The notes under the pieces are model-generated. The model worked only from the letters and a program-made list of their open reading frames with translations, was not told the DNA's origin and ran no database searches. Below, one piece after another: positions 13,090 to 26,117 of a stretch of 64,000 nucleotides of DNA. A program made the translations under genes and the position numbers. Position 1 is the first letter of the stretch, and each line of letters starts with the position of its first letter. Origin of the DNA: Chiloscyllium plagiosum. Its lineage: Eukaryota. Location: positions 990,163 to 1,054,162 of the forward strand of contig NC_057759.1 of NCBI RefSeq assembly GCF_004010195.1. Reading direction: 5' to 3'.

Positions 13090-13569
13090 CTGTAATCATG
13101 GACAAATGATAGATCATTGTATTTTCTGGAGTTAATTGCAAACTCATTTATGAACATCATCACAGACAAAAAAACGCATATCCTTTTGTTTTTGTTCATT
13201 GGTTGGATGTAGGTGTCACTGGGTCGTCCAGTATTTCTTGCTCATCCCTAACTACACAGAGGGCAGTTGACGGTTGTCCGGCTGCAATCAACCTTTGGAA
13301 TTGAATTCAGATTCTCTCATCTGTTATGGTGAGAATTCTTAGGACATAAAAAAGTACAGCACAGGGACAAATCCTTCAACCCACCGTGTCTGCGCATGAC
13401 GGTGACATCATTCTGTATGAATTCCATCCGACGACATGTGGTCCGTATCCCTCTACTCCCTACATATTCAAGTGTCTGTCTACATGCCTCCTAAACATTG
13501 CTATCATGTTTGTTTCTACCAACTGCTCAAGCAGTGTGTACCAGGCATTTACCACTCCTTGTGTGAAAT

Positions 13570-15340
13570 CATAGAGTCATAGAGATGTAGCGCAGCTTTA
13601 GTCCAACTCGTCAGTGCCGACCAGGTATCCTAAATTGATCTAGTCCCATTTGCCAGCACTTGACCCTTATATCTCTAAACCCTTTCAATTCATATACCCA
13701 ACCAGATGCTTTTTAAATGTGGTAATGTTACCAGCCTCCACCACTTCTTCTGACAGCTGATTCCATCGACGCACCATCCTTTGTTTGAAACAATTACTCC
13801 TTAGGTCCCTTTTAAATTATTCCCCTCTCACCCTAAACCTACGTCCTCCAGTTTTGGACACCCCAACCCCACACCCAAGGGAAAAGCCTTTGTCCATTTA
13901 CCCAATCCATACCCCTGATGATTGTATAAACCTCTATAAGGTCACCTCTCAGCCTCCAATTACCCAGGGAAAGCAACCCCAGCCTATTCAGCCTTTCCTG
14001 GATAGCTCAATTCCTCCAACCCTGGCAATATCATTATAATTTTTTTTCCTAAACCCTTTCAAGTTTCACAATATCCTTCCTTTCGGAGGGAAACCAGATT
14101 TGTACACATTATTCCAGAAGTGGCCTAACCTATATGCTGTACAGCTACAACATGACCTACAAACCGCTGTACTTAACGTCCTAACCAAAAAAGGAAAGCA
14201 TACTAATCACCTTCTTCACTAACTTATCTATCTGTAACTCCACTTTAAAGGAACTGTGAATCTGCACTCCAAGGTCACTTTGCTCAGCAAACCCAGAATC
14301 TTACCATTAAGTGCACAGGTTTTGTATTGATTTTCCTTTTTAAAATGCAGCAACTCACATTAATCCAAGTTGCACTCCATGTGTCACTCCTCAGCCCATT
14401 GCCACATCCAATCAAGATCCCGTTGTACTCTGAGGTAAACTTTCCTCGCATATCTCCTTTAAACGCTCCTCCTCACACGTTAAAGTTGTGCTCCCCATCC
14501 TCGTATTTGACATTTACAATCTGGGAGAGAGATACTGACCATCCACCCTGCCCATTTTGTATACGTCAGTCAGGTCCCACTCCAGCCTCCAATGCGCTCG
14601 TGAAAACAATCCAAGTTTGTCCAACCTCTCCTCATATTTCACATACTCCAATCCAGGCAACATCAAGGTAAACCTTTGCACCTGTTTTGCACCTTCTCGA
14701 AAGCCTCCACATCTTTGTTGTAGTGCAGGCAAAAAAATCTGCACATATGCTCCAAATGTGGCAAAAAAATAAAGTCTTATACAGCTGCAATATGACTTGC
14801 CAACATTTCTACTCATTGGCTCGACTGATGACAGAAAGTATGCCATAAGGCTTCTTTACTCATATCTCCTTTAAACGCTCCTCCTCTTTGCACCTGTTTT
14901 GCACCTTCTCAAAAGCCTCCACATCTTTGTTACAGTGCAGGCAAAAAACCTGCACATATGCTCCAAATGTGGCAAAAAAATAAAGTCTTATACAGCTGCA
15001 ATATGACTTGCCAACATTTCTACTCATTGGCTCGACTGATGACAGCAAGCATGCCATATGGCTTCTTTATCACGTTATCCACTTATGTTGCCATTTTCAG
15101 GGAACTATGGACTTGCACCCCAAGACCCTCTGTATATAAATGCTCCCAAGGGTCCTGTCATTTATTGTGCATTTTACTCTCGCATTTCACCTCTGAAAAA
15201 TGTATCAGCTCACATTATTCAGGATTAAAATCCATCTACGGATTCTGTGCCCAACTTTCAGACTGATCTATATTCTTTGACAAACCTCCTCACTGTCCAC
15301 CAACACCACCGAATTTCATGACATCTGCAAATTTACTAAC
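13570..15340 (-). mobile_element. Nested CR1 LINE fragments with internal tandem duplication
   Basis: CR1 3' ends (MLPGLE..YEERL.KLGLFS). 14675-14858 is repeated at 14888-15069. Confidence 0.75.
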
Positions 15341-15868
15341 TAGACATGGAAAGCGCAAGAAAAATGTTATTGACATTCGTGAGACATCCAGGGTCGCAGT
15401 CTAAAGGACATGGAGTAAGACTGAGATAGGTATGATTGCCTGCACCAAGAGAGCGGGGAGCCTGTGGAATTTTCTGCCATAAAAAGTGGTCGGAGCTGAG
15501 GCATTGAATGTTGTTCAAGAAGGCAGTGAATGGAATTCTTAAGGGTAAAGAAGAGAGTAAGTGGACAAGGAACTGAGTTGGAAGATCAGCCACAATCCTC
15601 GTGAATGCATAACAAACTGGAAGGACTGGATGGCCTAGTGCCATTTACATGTTTCCATAATTTTCTGGGCGATGAATCCCACAGGCTTCTCACTCTCTGT
15701 GTGAAGACATTTCTCCCAATCTCAGTCCTGAATGGCCCACCCAATGCCCTGTGCTCCTTGTCTCTAGCTCTCCAATATATGTCTGTGAGATGTAGGGGAG
15801 TGATGATAAATTGTCTCTATTCTGAGTCTTTAACAGTTAAGAAACGGACAATGATAAATGATACTTAC

Positions 15869-16141
15869 GCCTGATGGGCAAAGGGAGCTAATTACTCCGT
15901 TTCCACACCTTCCCATCTGTGACTTCACAATGATAAGTACCCGAGCCTGCCAGACGAGCTGACTCAGTGACGTAATCGCTGTAATCAGCTGGAGACTGGA
16001 GAAGGACCCCATTTCTGTAAAAACTGTACCGTAAGGACGCTTGGGAGGGATTCCCTTCAACCCAGCACACCAGTTTAACCCTTTGACCATCAAACAGCTG
16101 TCCCTCAGGACGCATGATCAACATAGCGACAGCGAACGCCT
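15869..16141 (-). pseudogene. FCRL-like Ig domain exon 4
   Basis: 273 nt, ...PEGQLFDGQRVKLVC...LRYSFYRNG...GSGTYHCEV...KRSN*LPLPIR. TAG at 15888-15890, donor C|gtaagt. Confidence 0.88.
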
Positions 16142-16859
16142 CTGAAAAGCAAAAGGACATGTTTCTGTTTGAGCCTGTAGAGTGTCTGGGCTTGGGTAAG
16201 CTCAGTGATCAGAACGAGAGCAAGAAAATCACGAGGCGGGGCCAGTGCAGGAGATTCCTAACAATCTTTCAATGTCAATCAAGAGTGTCATCATCGTGCT
16301 AGCTCCAGGTCAGATTTGGGGATGATCGTGATCGCATTTGGAATAAATAAATACAACCACAGCGAGAGTACTCGGTTATGGAATCCACATTCTAGGATGG
16401 ACAGGACAGTACTGGGAGAGAGTGCAGAAGGAGATTTACCAGGAGCTGTAGAGATTCAGTGATGGAGAGAGAGTGGATAGATTTGGGTTGTTTTCCTTAG
16501 AGCAGAGGGTGGAGGTTATGATGGAGATTTATTAAATGATGAGGGGTGTAGATAGGGTATACAGGAGGGAACCTTTCCCAATTGGTGGAGGGAGGGGGAC
16601 ATCGATTAAAGGTAAGGTACAGAAGATTTAGAAGGGATGAGAGGAAACACATTTTTACTCAGATTATCTGGAACTCACTGCCTGTTAGGGTAGGAGAGGT
16701 AGAAACCCCCATTAAATTGAAGAGTGTTTAGAAGTGCACTCGCGAGGCCAAGTACCACATGTTAGGAAAATAGGGATTAGATAATAGTGAGGTGGCTGTT
16801 TTTGACTCGATGGGTCGAAGGGCCTTTAATTTGCGCTGGGGATAATGACAGATAGCTAC

Positions 16860-17141
16860 GTTTAATGGAAATGTGAATGCTGTTGCTCCTTTTCCTTAGA
16901 CTGTAAACTGTGTTAATCGCTTCACAGGCGTAATTCCCATAAACTTTTGCAGCCGCTGCGTTGATGGTGTACACGCTGTCTTGATCAGGCACGGCCTCCA
17001 GGACGGCGCTGTCTTTGTAAAATGAGTAGTGAAGCTGGATGAAGGGTTGTGCCACCGAGACAGTCCACGACAGGGTGACCGGGAGGCCCTCGAGCACTTC
17101 AGGCGCCAGTTCCACCCTCAGCACGGGCTTGGTGAATCGTT
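16860..17141 (-). pseudogene. FCRL-like Ig domain exon 3
   Basis: 282 nt, ERFTKPVLRV...EGLPVTLSW...YSFYKD...GNYACEAIN...KRSNSIHISIK. The B-strand Cys position is Trp (17065-17067). Confidence 0.85.
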
Positions 17142-18466
17142 CTGGAATGTAACACACAATTGGGACTCATTAATCTACTGTTATGATCACAAAGCCAAAT
17201 CCACAATTGCGACCCGGGATGAAGGATGTGAGCATTTACTGACCAAGGACAGGAGAGAGGGAGAAATTTTATCTTTCTCTTACTTTCCAAATTTAAAATT
17301 ATTTTTTGATGGCACTGCAGTCATAGAATCATACAGGACAGAAACAGAGACTTTGGCCTAACTCTGCCAAGCTAACCAGGTTTCCCAAACTGATTTATTC
17401 CTATTTGTCTGTATTTGCCCATGTCCCTCTCCAGCGTTGCCATTCACATATTTATCCAAACGCCTTTTAAATGCTGAAATTGTATCTTACTTCAAACGCC
17501 TTTTAAATGCTGAAATTGTATCTTACTTCTCCAGTACTTCCTCTGGCGGCTCATTCCGTACATGCACCACCCTCTGTGTGGAAATTTTGCCCCTCAGGTC
17601 TTTTTCAAATCTTTCCCTTCATCTTAAAGTTATACCTTCTTGTTTTGGACTCCCCAACACCTTGCTTGAATCACCTTATCTCTGCCCCTAATGACTTTAT
17701 TAACCTCAATTCCAACACCAGCTGAGGTGGTCACGAAGGAATCTACATCTCCACCTCTCCCCTTTACTGAGGCGTGGTACTCCTCAGATTCGACCACAAC
17801 CCAGTTCCCTCTCTCACTGATTAAAGAGTGGGACCATGGGTGACTTTACTCATACTATTGTAAAAGGAGGACTAACAAACGAGATGTGGATAGAATGTTC
17901 CCTCGTATGGGATAATCTGGCACGAGACGTCGCTGCTTCATTAGAAGGGTTTGGGGACAGATTCAAAACAGAGATGAGGAGGAATGGCTCCTCTCAAAGG
18001 CAGGTGAGCAGGGTGGGAGGTGATGAGTGGAGAGCTAATGAGCTCTGTTATTTTCTCTGGAGCAGACAAAGTTGAGGGGGTACCTGACAGATTTGTGTAG
18101 GATTGTGGACAGGATGAATCGAAAACAGCTGTTTCCCTTGGTTGAAGAATCAGTAACAAGGAACTCATCAGTTCTAAATGAAAGAAAGGAGGTTTGTAGG
18201 GGGACTGAGGATTGTTTCACCAACAGGATGGCGAGGGTCTGGAATGCCCTGCCTGGAAAGGTAGTTGAGGCAGGAAACCACACAAACTTTAAAAAGTAAA
18301 TGGGTGAGCACTTCAAGGGTCATAACGTTCAATACAATGCGGAAAAGTGGGTTTGAAAAAAGGGCCCCTTCTATACTGGATAATTGAGAATGCCTCCTGT
18401 GTTTAAATTAACAATTGAGACCAGTATGCACATTGTCTACCACAGAATGCAAACTCAAGTACGTAC

Positions 18467-18721
18467 CTTGTACCTGAACTTTAACATTTCGTGATTCAGA
18501 CCAATCAATTTTACAACTGTACCATCCACTGTCATCGGTGCTGTTTACTTTAATGTTATATGATGATTCACGTCATGAGAGCCACATTGAATGGATCTTC
18601 TTGCCATTTCTATAAAAGCCAAAGTTCTTCTTCCACCAATTTGTAAGGGTATTTGTGAGTATTTGTACCGACAATTCAGTTTTAGGGTTTCTCCTTCCAA
18701 AAGTGAAACTGGGACACATTT
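18467..18721 (-). pseudogene. FCRL-like Ig domain exon 2 (degenerate; missed by ORF track)
   Basis: LLEGETLKLNC lies in one frame and NWWKKNFGFYRNGKKIHSMWLS*RESSYNIKVNSTDDSGWYSC...RNVKVQVQ in another. TGA at 18573-18575, donor G|gtacgt. The 5' boundary is uncertain. Confidence 0.8.
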
Positions 18722-20345
18722 CTATTTAAATCAAAGGTAAAGTTGCATCATCACAGCTGACCGTAGACGTTTGTTACATTGGAAACTGCTCCTGAAACAT
18801 TCACGATCACTGATAATTTATTGCCCAAGTACATTTTCAAGTATCGGCCAGCCAATCCCCAATATTTTATACAATCCAGTCCAGAGAACTACTGCCAGTT
18901 TGTTTTCAACGTCCCTGGAATGTTAAGTACAATTTTGGAACCCCTAACCTGAGGAGAGCTCATAAGACCAGGACAAAAAGAAGCAGGAGTATGTAATTTG
19001 GCTACCAAGTCCCCTCCACCTTAAAGCGATCAGACCTCAAGGCTATAAGACGTATGAACAGAATTAGGTCGTTCATCCTATCGAATCTGCTCCTCTATTC
19101 AATGAGACCATGGTTGATCTGATCTTTAGGTAAAAACCAGGGCTACAGATGCTGAAAACCAGATTCTAGATTAGAGTATTGCTGGAAAAAAACATGAACT
19201 GCTGTGATTTTCCAGCATTACTCTAATCTTGATCTGATCATTGTCAACTCCACTTTCCTGCCTTTTTGTCCCATAAACCTCGATTCCCGTCCCAGCTTTA
19301 AAATCTGTCTATTTTACCCTCAAATATATTAAATGACCCAGCCTTGACAGCCATCCGAAGTAAAGAATGCCAAAGACTCACTCCCCTCGGAGAGAAGAAT
19401 TTCCTCTTCATCTCCATTTTTAATGGGTAATTCCAAACGCCCACGCCCCGCCTCTGCCTCGTCCTTATTCTGAGATGATGGCCCTCTGGACTATGCCTCA
19501 CCCACACAAGAGTAAACAACCTCTCTCCAAATATAGCCTGTCAAGTACTCTAGCAATCTTCAAAAAGGTGGCCTCTGATTCTACTAACTTTCAATGAGTG
19601 AAGGCCCAACCTATTCAAATTCTCCTCGTGAGAAATTACTAACTCCCATGTGAGGTACCACACTTTACATAAGTGACTGACTGAGCAAAACTAAAGTTTC
19701 AGCATTAAATCATGTTGAAACATTTGCATTTGTTTGAAATTTGTTTGAAGGTCAAGAAAATGGTGCAGTTTTGGTCGCCACACTACCATAAGGATGTGGA
19801 AGCTTTGGAGAGGCAATTTAACTTGTTTACCAAAATAATGCCTAGTTCGGAGGGTATTAACTAAGAGCAGATATTGCACAAATTCAGCTTGTTCTTGCTT
19901 GAATGTCAGAAAGAAAAGGATGACGTGATTGAAGTTTTCAAAATTATGAGCTGTATGGGTCGAAAGGATTGTCAGAGCCTTTTTCCCAGCGTCGGAATGT
20001 CAATTACTCAGTTACAGGTTTAAGGAAAAAAAAGATTCTAAGAAGATGTAAGGAGCACCTTCTTTTCCAGAGAGGGTAAATACCTGAAATTCACTGCCAG
20101 AGGATGTGGTGGAAGCAGATACAATACAAATTTTTAAAAGGCGTTTGGCAGATAAATGACCAGGCAGTAAATAGAGGGACATGGACAGCCGTGCAGTAAA
20201 AGTGTTTCAGTTTAGATAGGCATTATGTTGCAGCACAGTCTTGCGAGGCTGAAAGGACTCTCCAGTGCTGTATATTCTTTGAACACTGTGCACTCCACTT
20301 CCATGCAATTTTAAAAAATGTAAATGAAAGTCAAAGTTCGCTTAT

Positions 20346-20591
20346 CCGTGACGACAACTTCAACAGTTTCACTCTTTTGCCATGAGTTGTATGTCTCACA
20401 GTGATAAGACCCGCCACTTTCATTGTTCGCGAATGTTTCATAAATATTACCCCATCCATAAGCGAAAAACTGTCCATTTTTGTAAAAATAAACAGCCCGT
20501 CTTTTTCCTGTCCCACATTGAAATTTTAAAGTCTCTCCTTCTTTTACAAATCCATTTGTAGCATATACTTTAAGTACGGGCCTTCCAAAAG
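20346..20591 (-). pseudogene. FCRL-like Ig domain exon 1
   Basis: 246 nt, AFGRPVLKVYATNGFVKEGETLKFQC...YFYKNG...ESGGSYHC...KSETVEVVVT. Acceptor follows a (CT)n tract. The expected donor reads ataagc rather than gtaagc. Confidence 0.85.
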
Positions 20592-21329
20592 CTGAAGAGA
20601 GAGAGAGAGAGAGAAGCAGAAAGGTTGAAGACCCAATCATTGCATCATGTTGACCTCTCACTACAATAAACACAGTGTGTAGTTCAGCCTCAGTGTCCCA
20701 GTATAGAGAGTTCCAGTTCAAGTTGTCTATTGACCAAAGGGTACAGTCCAGACAAAAAAGTCTGTACTCGGTGAATTTAGTTGGCACCTAACCATTGATT
20801 GCTTGACACATCGCCTCTGCAGCGCCAACCATTAAGTCAACTTCTTTATTTTTCAAAGGGCTAATTGTTGACAGGCAATAGTTGATTTACTGTTCGGAAG
20901 AGTTAACTGCACAGATTATTTTTAGCTTTATTAGAACCAATTGATTACAATGTAAAAACATTTCTGCAATACTCAATGCTTCGATGAAATCTCAACTCAA
21001 CCTGTGCAGCTGAAATGAGAAAGTTCACAATATTATCTTTCTGTATTTTCCATCTGTAGCTACATGTAGACTCGACCAGGTAATGATGGCAGTTTCATTC
21101 CCTTAAGGGCATTAGTGAGTCAAATGGGTTTTTCCAACAATTGGTAGATATTAATTGAATTCAAATTCCACCATCTGCTGTAGGGGTTTTGAACCCAAGT
21201 CCCACGAACATTGTCTGAGGCTCTGATTTAAGAGTCCGGTGATAACGACTCTAGGCCATTGCTACCCCTTCTGAGAGAAGGCAATGGCCTCTACTGAGAG
21301 AGAATTTTACTATCGCCCCCTTCATATTC

Positions 21330-22020
21330 AATTTCGCCATCACTGCATCTTCTCACTATCAACACCTTGGGGATTACTATTAGCAAGAAACTCAGCTGAA
21401 TTCACTATGCTAATATCATGGTGACAAGAGAAGATCAGCGTCTGGGAATATTGCAGCAACTAACTTACCTCCTGACTTCGCCAAGGCCTGTCCACTATTG
21501 ACAAGGCACAAGTCGGGAGTGTGATGGAATGCTCCCCACTTGGCCAAATGAGTGCAGATCCAAAAAACAGCACAACACCATCCAACCACAATGCAGCTCC
21601 CACTTGATTGGTACCACATCCTCAAACATTCGCTTCCTCAAATATCGATGCTCAGTAACAGCAGTGTGTACCATCTACAAGATGCACAGCAGAAATTCAC
21701 CGGAGATGGTCAGACAGCACCAGAAAACTCACTACCACTTCTTTCAGAAGGATAAGGTCAGCCAGTCCATAGGAACACTGCCACCTTCACGTTACCCTCG
21801 AAGGCGCTCAGCATCCCAACTTGGAAATATAACATTCATTCTTCCGTGTCACTGGTTCAAAATCCTGGAATTCCCTCTCCAAGGGTATTGTGGCTCTTCC
21901 TGCAGCACATGCCGGAATGGCTCAAGAAGACAGTTCAATCTCCACCTTCTTAAAGAGAGCAACTAGGAAATTGGTCAACAAATGCTGGGTTCAGCCAGTG
22001 ATGCACATATCCCACGAGTG
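21330..22020 (+). mobile_element. L2/CR1-group LINE 3' fragment
   Basis: Degenerate STIDKAQVGSVMECSPLG, resembling the YKAQVRSVMEYS motif after the RT domain. Confidence 0.55.
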
Positions 22021-23002
22021 AATAAAGTTTCATGTTCCATGCCCCTGCCTATTATAGTCTGTCCGCATTTCCCTCTGTTGTCCTCCCTTACGCTCCTCCT
22101 TGTTTATTACCTTTCCACGCATCTGATCACCTGTTATGGAATTGAGGATCAGAATTGAAGTTAATGTTCATTTATATTTATCATAATGGTTATCATAGCT
22201 AGTTCTGATCAGTACGAGGCACCATTTCATGCTGATGTCCTGTCAAAAACAGACAGAATTGTCCATTTTCCACATTATTGTCTCCAAATATATTGTGTCA
22301 ATGATTACTGCCATTAACTGCCAGTGCCATGACCTTGCATTTTAAAAGGCAAATTTGTAATGTGACTTTAAGTTATAGCTTCCCAAACCCCTTTTTAAGT
22401 AAATCAACGCAGCAGTCATTAAAACTTTCAATTTACTCTCTCGCCAATCTTATCTATCCACTGCTTTCCTAATCATATTTAAGACCTGAAGAGCATGAGA
22501 ATAAGAATATACCATTCAGACTCTTGATACTGCTCTGAAATCCAATTGGATCATGGATGATGCGACATCCCTCACATCCACCTTCTTGCCTGATCCGATA
22601 ATCATTAATTCCCCCCACTGATCAAGAATTTACGTCAGCTTTAAATATACACAAGGACTCTATGGCTAGAATTTCCAAAGACCCCCATACCTGTGAGAGA
22701 AGAAATCACCCCTGATCTCAGTCAGCAATTGCTGCCCCATTACTGACCTGCTGTGCTGTTCCAGCAATAAAGTTTCAACTTTGATCTCCAGCATCTGCAG
22801 ACCTCACTTTCTCCTCCAGGATTGAGTTCCACTAGGATTCTTTTTACAGCAAATTAGCTTGCCAAATTGAGATTGATCACCCTAATGGTCATTCCTTGTG
22901 GATCAGGATGTTGGTGAACTGCAATCCTGCTTCTACTTAGAGACATGAAGTCATGCAGCACAGAAACAGACCCTTCAGTCCAACTAATCTATGCCAGCCG
23001 TA

Positions 23003-23622
23003 GAACATGGAAAAGTACAGCACAGAACAGACCCTTCGGCCCACAATGTTGTGCGGAGGGTTATTCCTAATCTAAAATAAAATATCTTAACCTACGCACC
23101 CCTCAATTCACTGCTGAATATGTGCATGCCCAGCTGTCGCTTAAATGACCCTAATGACTCCGCTTCCACCACCACCGCTGGCAACGCATTCCATGCATTC
23201 ACAACTCTCTGAGTAAAGAACCTACCTCTGACGTCTCCTCTATACCCTTCTCCTAATGTCTTAAACCAATGACCCCTCGTGCAAGTCAGTCCTGCCCTGG
23301 GGAAAAGTCTCTGGCTATTGACTCTATCCATGCCTCTCATTACCTTGTATACCTCGATCAGGTCATCTCTCTTTCTCCTCTCCAGAGAGAAAAGTCCAAG
23401 CTTAGTCAACCTCTCTTCATAAGGCAAGTCCTCTAGTCCAGGCAGCATCCTGGTAAACCTTCTTTGCACCCTCTCCAAAGCCTCTGTATATTTCCTATAA
23501 TAGGGCAACCAGAACTGGACACAATATTCCAAGTGTGGTCTCACCAAGCACTTGTAGAGCTGCAGCAAAACCTCATGGCTCTTAAACTCGATCCCCTTCT
23601 TAATGAAAGTCAAAACACCATA
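23003..23622 (-). mobile_element. Young CR1 LINE 3' end
   Basis: ORF LYKCLVRPHLEYCVQFW...LERVQRRFTRMLPGL...FFTQRVVNAWNALP. Confidence 0.92.
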
Positions 23623-23624
23623 CT

Positions 23625-24168
23625 CGTTGTTGTGGTTCTGTTCGCCGAGGTGGAAGTTTTTGTTGCAAACGTTTCGTCCCCTGGCTAGGCGACATCATCA
23701 GTGCTTGGGAACCTCCTGCGAAGCGCTTCTTTGATGTTTCCTCCGGTGTTTTTCGCGGTCTGTCCCTGCCGCTTCCGGTTGTCAGTATCAGCTGTCCGCT
23801 CTAGTGGTTGGTATATTGGGTCCAGGTCGATGTGTTTGTTGATGGAGTTTGTGGATGAATGCCATGCCTCTACTGGGACAACACTACTATCATAGGGCAA
23901 GCCAGACAGAGAACAGCCAGGGAATTCCTAGAGGCATGGCATTCATCCACAAACTCCATCAACAAACACATCGACCTGGACCCAATATACCAACCACTAC
24001 AGCGGACAGCTGATACTGACAACCGGAAGCGGCAGGAACAGACCACGATAAACACTGGAGGAAACATCAAAGATTCGCAGGAGGCTCCCAAGCACTGATG
24101 ATGTCGCCTAGCCAGGGGACGAAACGTTTGCAACAAAAACTTCCAGCTCGGCGAACAGAACCACAACA
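23625..24168. mobile_element. Penelope-like element 3' end with inverted pseudo-LTR (fold-back)
   Basis: GIY-YIG C-terminus AREFLEAWHS..SIN. Arms about 23628-23872 and 23928-24168 are reverse complements. Confidence 0.85.
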
Positions 24169-24447
24169 GTTGTGGTGGAGTTAAACTTTGATGCAGATTT
24201 ACTGAATAGACTCTGTCCAATGTGACTAAGTCATTGGCCCTCTTTTTAACTGTTGGTATATCCACGAGGGATAAGAGTTGAACATGATTCCAGTGTCTGA
24301 CCTTGCAGAGGATATCCCGAACTCTGGACAGAAAAACAGTGATTAAATCCCAATTGATTCATATTTAAATTGTCACTGAAAAGATGTGCACAGCACGACT
24401 TCAGATTTCCAAATAATTATCCAAAAAAAACCTTGCCGTTCATTCAC

Positions 24448-24477
24448 CTTGGGTGATCCGACAGAGAGCAAGATTCA
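24448..24477 (-). pseudogene. FCRL-like leader mini-exon S2 (L-NLALCRITQ)
   Basis: 30-nt phase 1-1 exon, acceptor ttctgttttccag, donor G|gtgaat. It continues the signal peptide in frame into Ig1 (AFGRPVL). Confidence 0.7.
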
Positions 24478-26117
24478 CTGGAAAACAGAAGGGAATTGAA
24501 ATGCAAATGTCATTATTTGTGAAAGTGTCCTTGAAACGGCAAAGTAAAGACAATATCAAAGCAATATAAGTGGATATGCAGCAGAGAAACAACACCTGTC
24601 CTGTCTGTAACTCAATGTTAACTGTTAATTGTTCACTCTCTTTGAAGTGTACACAGAAATATGAATTTATATCAACATGTGAGGACCCATTGGTTTCTTC
24701 ATCCTTGTCACATTCCAACTGCCAATTTTGCTTTGTACCTTTCTGTCTTTTATTTATCCCCTCGTTTTGCCTTCCTGCTTTCTCTCTGCTTAGGTTCCCA
24801 TTTCATTTGTAATTGTTCTTACACAAATAAAGGTCTCTGGAAATCTAGATTTCTTGTAAAATAAAGTACGTTTGGGAAAATGATTGCAAAATGAATAAAG
24901 TCACATGATTCTGCGTTTCCTGCCTCAGTGTGATTCTTAGAAACCCCCAAAGTCAGCCAAGTCTCACCAATGACCACACTGAGACTTCTAGCTCAGCGAC
25001 GATAGGCTACTCTTACAACGAAACATCTCTGAAGAGTTTTGAGCTTGTTGTGCATCGCCCTCTCATCTAAAATTACTTCGCAAGAGAGCAAGAAACATCT
25101 CCAGTCTACATTCAGAGCTGGAGAGGTCTACAGCATAGAAAAAGGCCCACCAGCTCATCGAGTCTGTACCAGTCTAAAACAAACACCTCATTATTCTCGA
25201 ATTCCATTTTACCAGCACTTAGCCCCTAGCCTTGGTGTCGCAAATTGACATCTAAATCATTCTTCAATGTAATGAGAGTTTCTGCCTCTCCACCCTTTAC
25301 AGGCAGGGAGTTCCAGATTCCCCATCACCCTCTGCGTGAAAATGCTTTACCTCACATCCCCATGTAAAACTCCTGGTATTTGTTTCCTACCTATGCATTC
25401 TATCTGCCTCGTCCCTATCATTAATCCCTCCACCAAAGAGGAAAACTATCTCCTTGTCTATTCTATCTAGTCGACATCATCATTTTTTGCATCTCAGTCA
25501 TGTCTATTCTATCTAGTCGACTTCATCATTTTTTGCATCTCAATCATGTCCCACCCCATCCCCCCTCTCAATATCCTCTGCTGTGAGGAAAATTACCCCA
25601 GTCTCTTGAAGTTATCTCCATCATTGCAATTCTTCAATCCCCAAGGCAACATCCTCGTTAATCTCCTAATGTTGATGGAATGTGATGGCATATCCATTCA
25701 TTGCTCAGTGACATATCTCGCCTCTATATTGTTGCTGATTGTCCTTCCTTTTGTGCGATTCTGAAATTCTTCTGATCCGCCCATGACTTAACATTTTTAG
25801 GTCTGATTGCCCAAGTGTGTGTAACATGTATCCTTTTCCGATAAGATCAAATAATGTTGTCCGAAGTGGGAACAAAGGACATGATGAAATGATTATTGTT
25901 TTCTCTCTCTCAAAATATTATCGTCCATGTTGCCAATTTGTTTCATTCCAGAATTTTGCCAAGTTTGATTTTTTTTTATGTTGGCCACAGTCATTAGATT
26001 CTGCTTTGTGTATCTGAGAAGGAAGTGTGGGGTTATCTACTGCAGAACTTAATCTCACGTGACCGGGTAACAGCACAGGTTTGTCACGGGTAAGGTCCCT
26101 TAGAAACACACACTTAC

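Noticed and set aside
17457..17528. 36-bp direct repeat (and ~45-bp repeat at 25455-25546) as CRISPR-like
   Set aside because: Two adjacent copies without spacers inside CR1 remnants; simple slippage duplications in a eukaryote.
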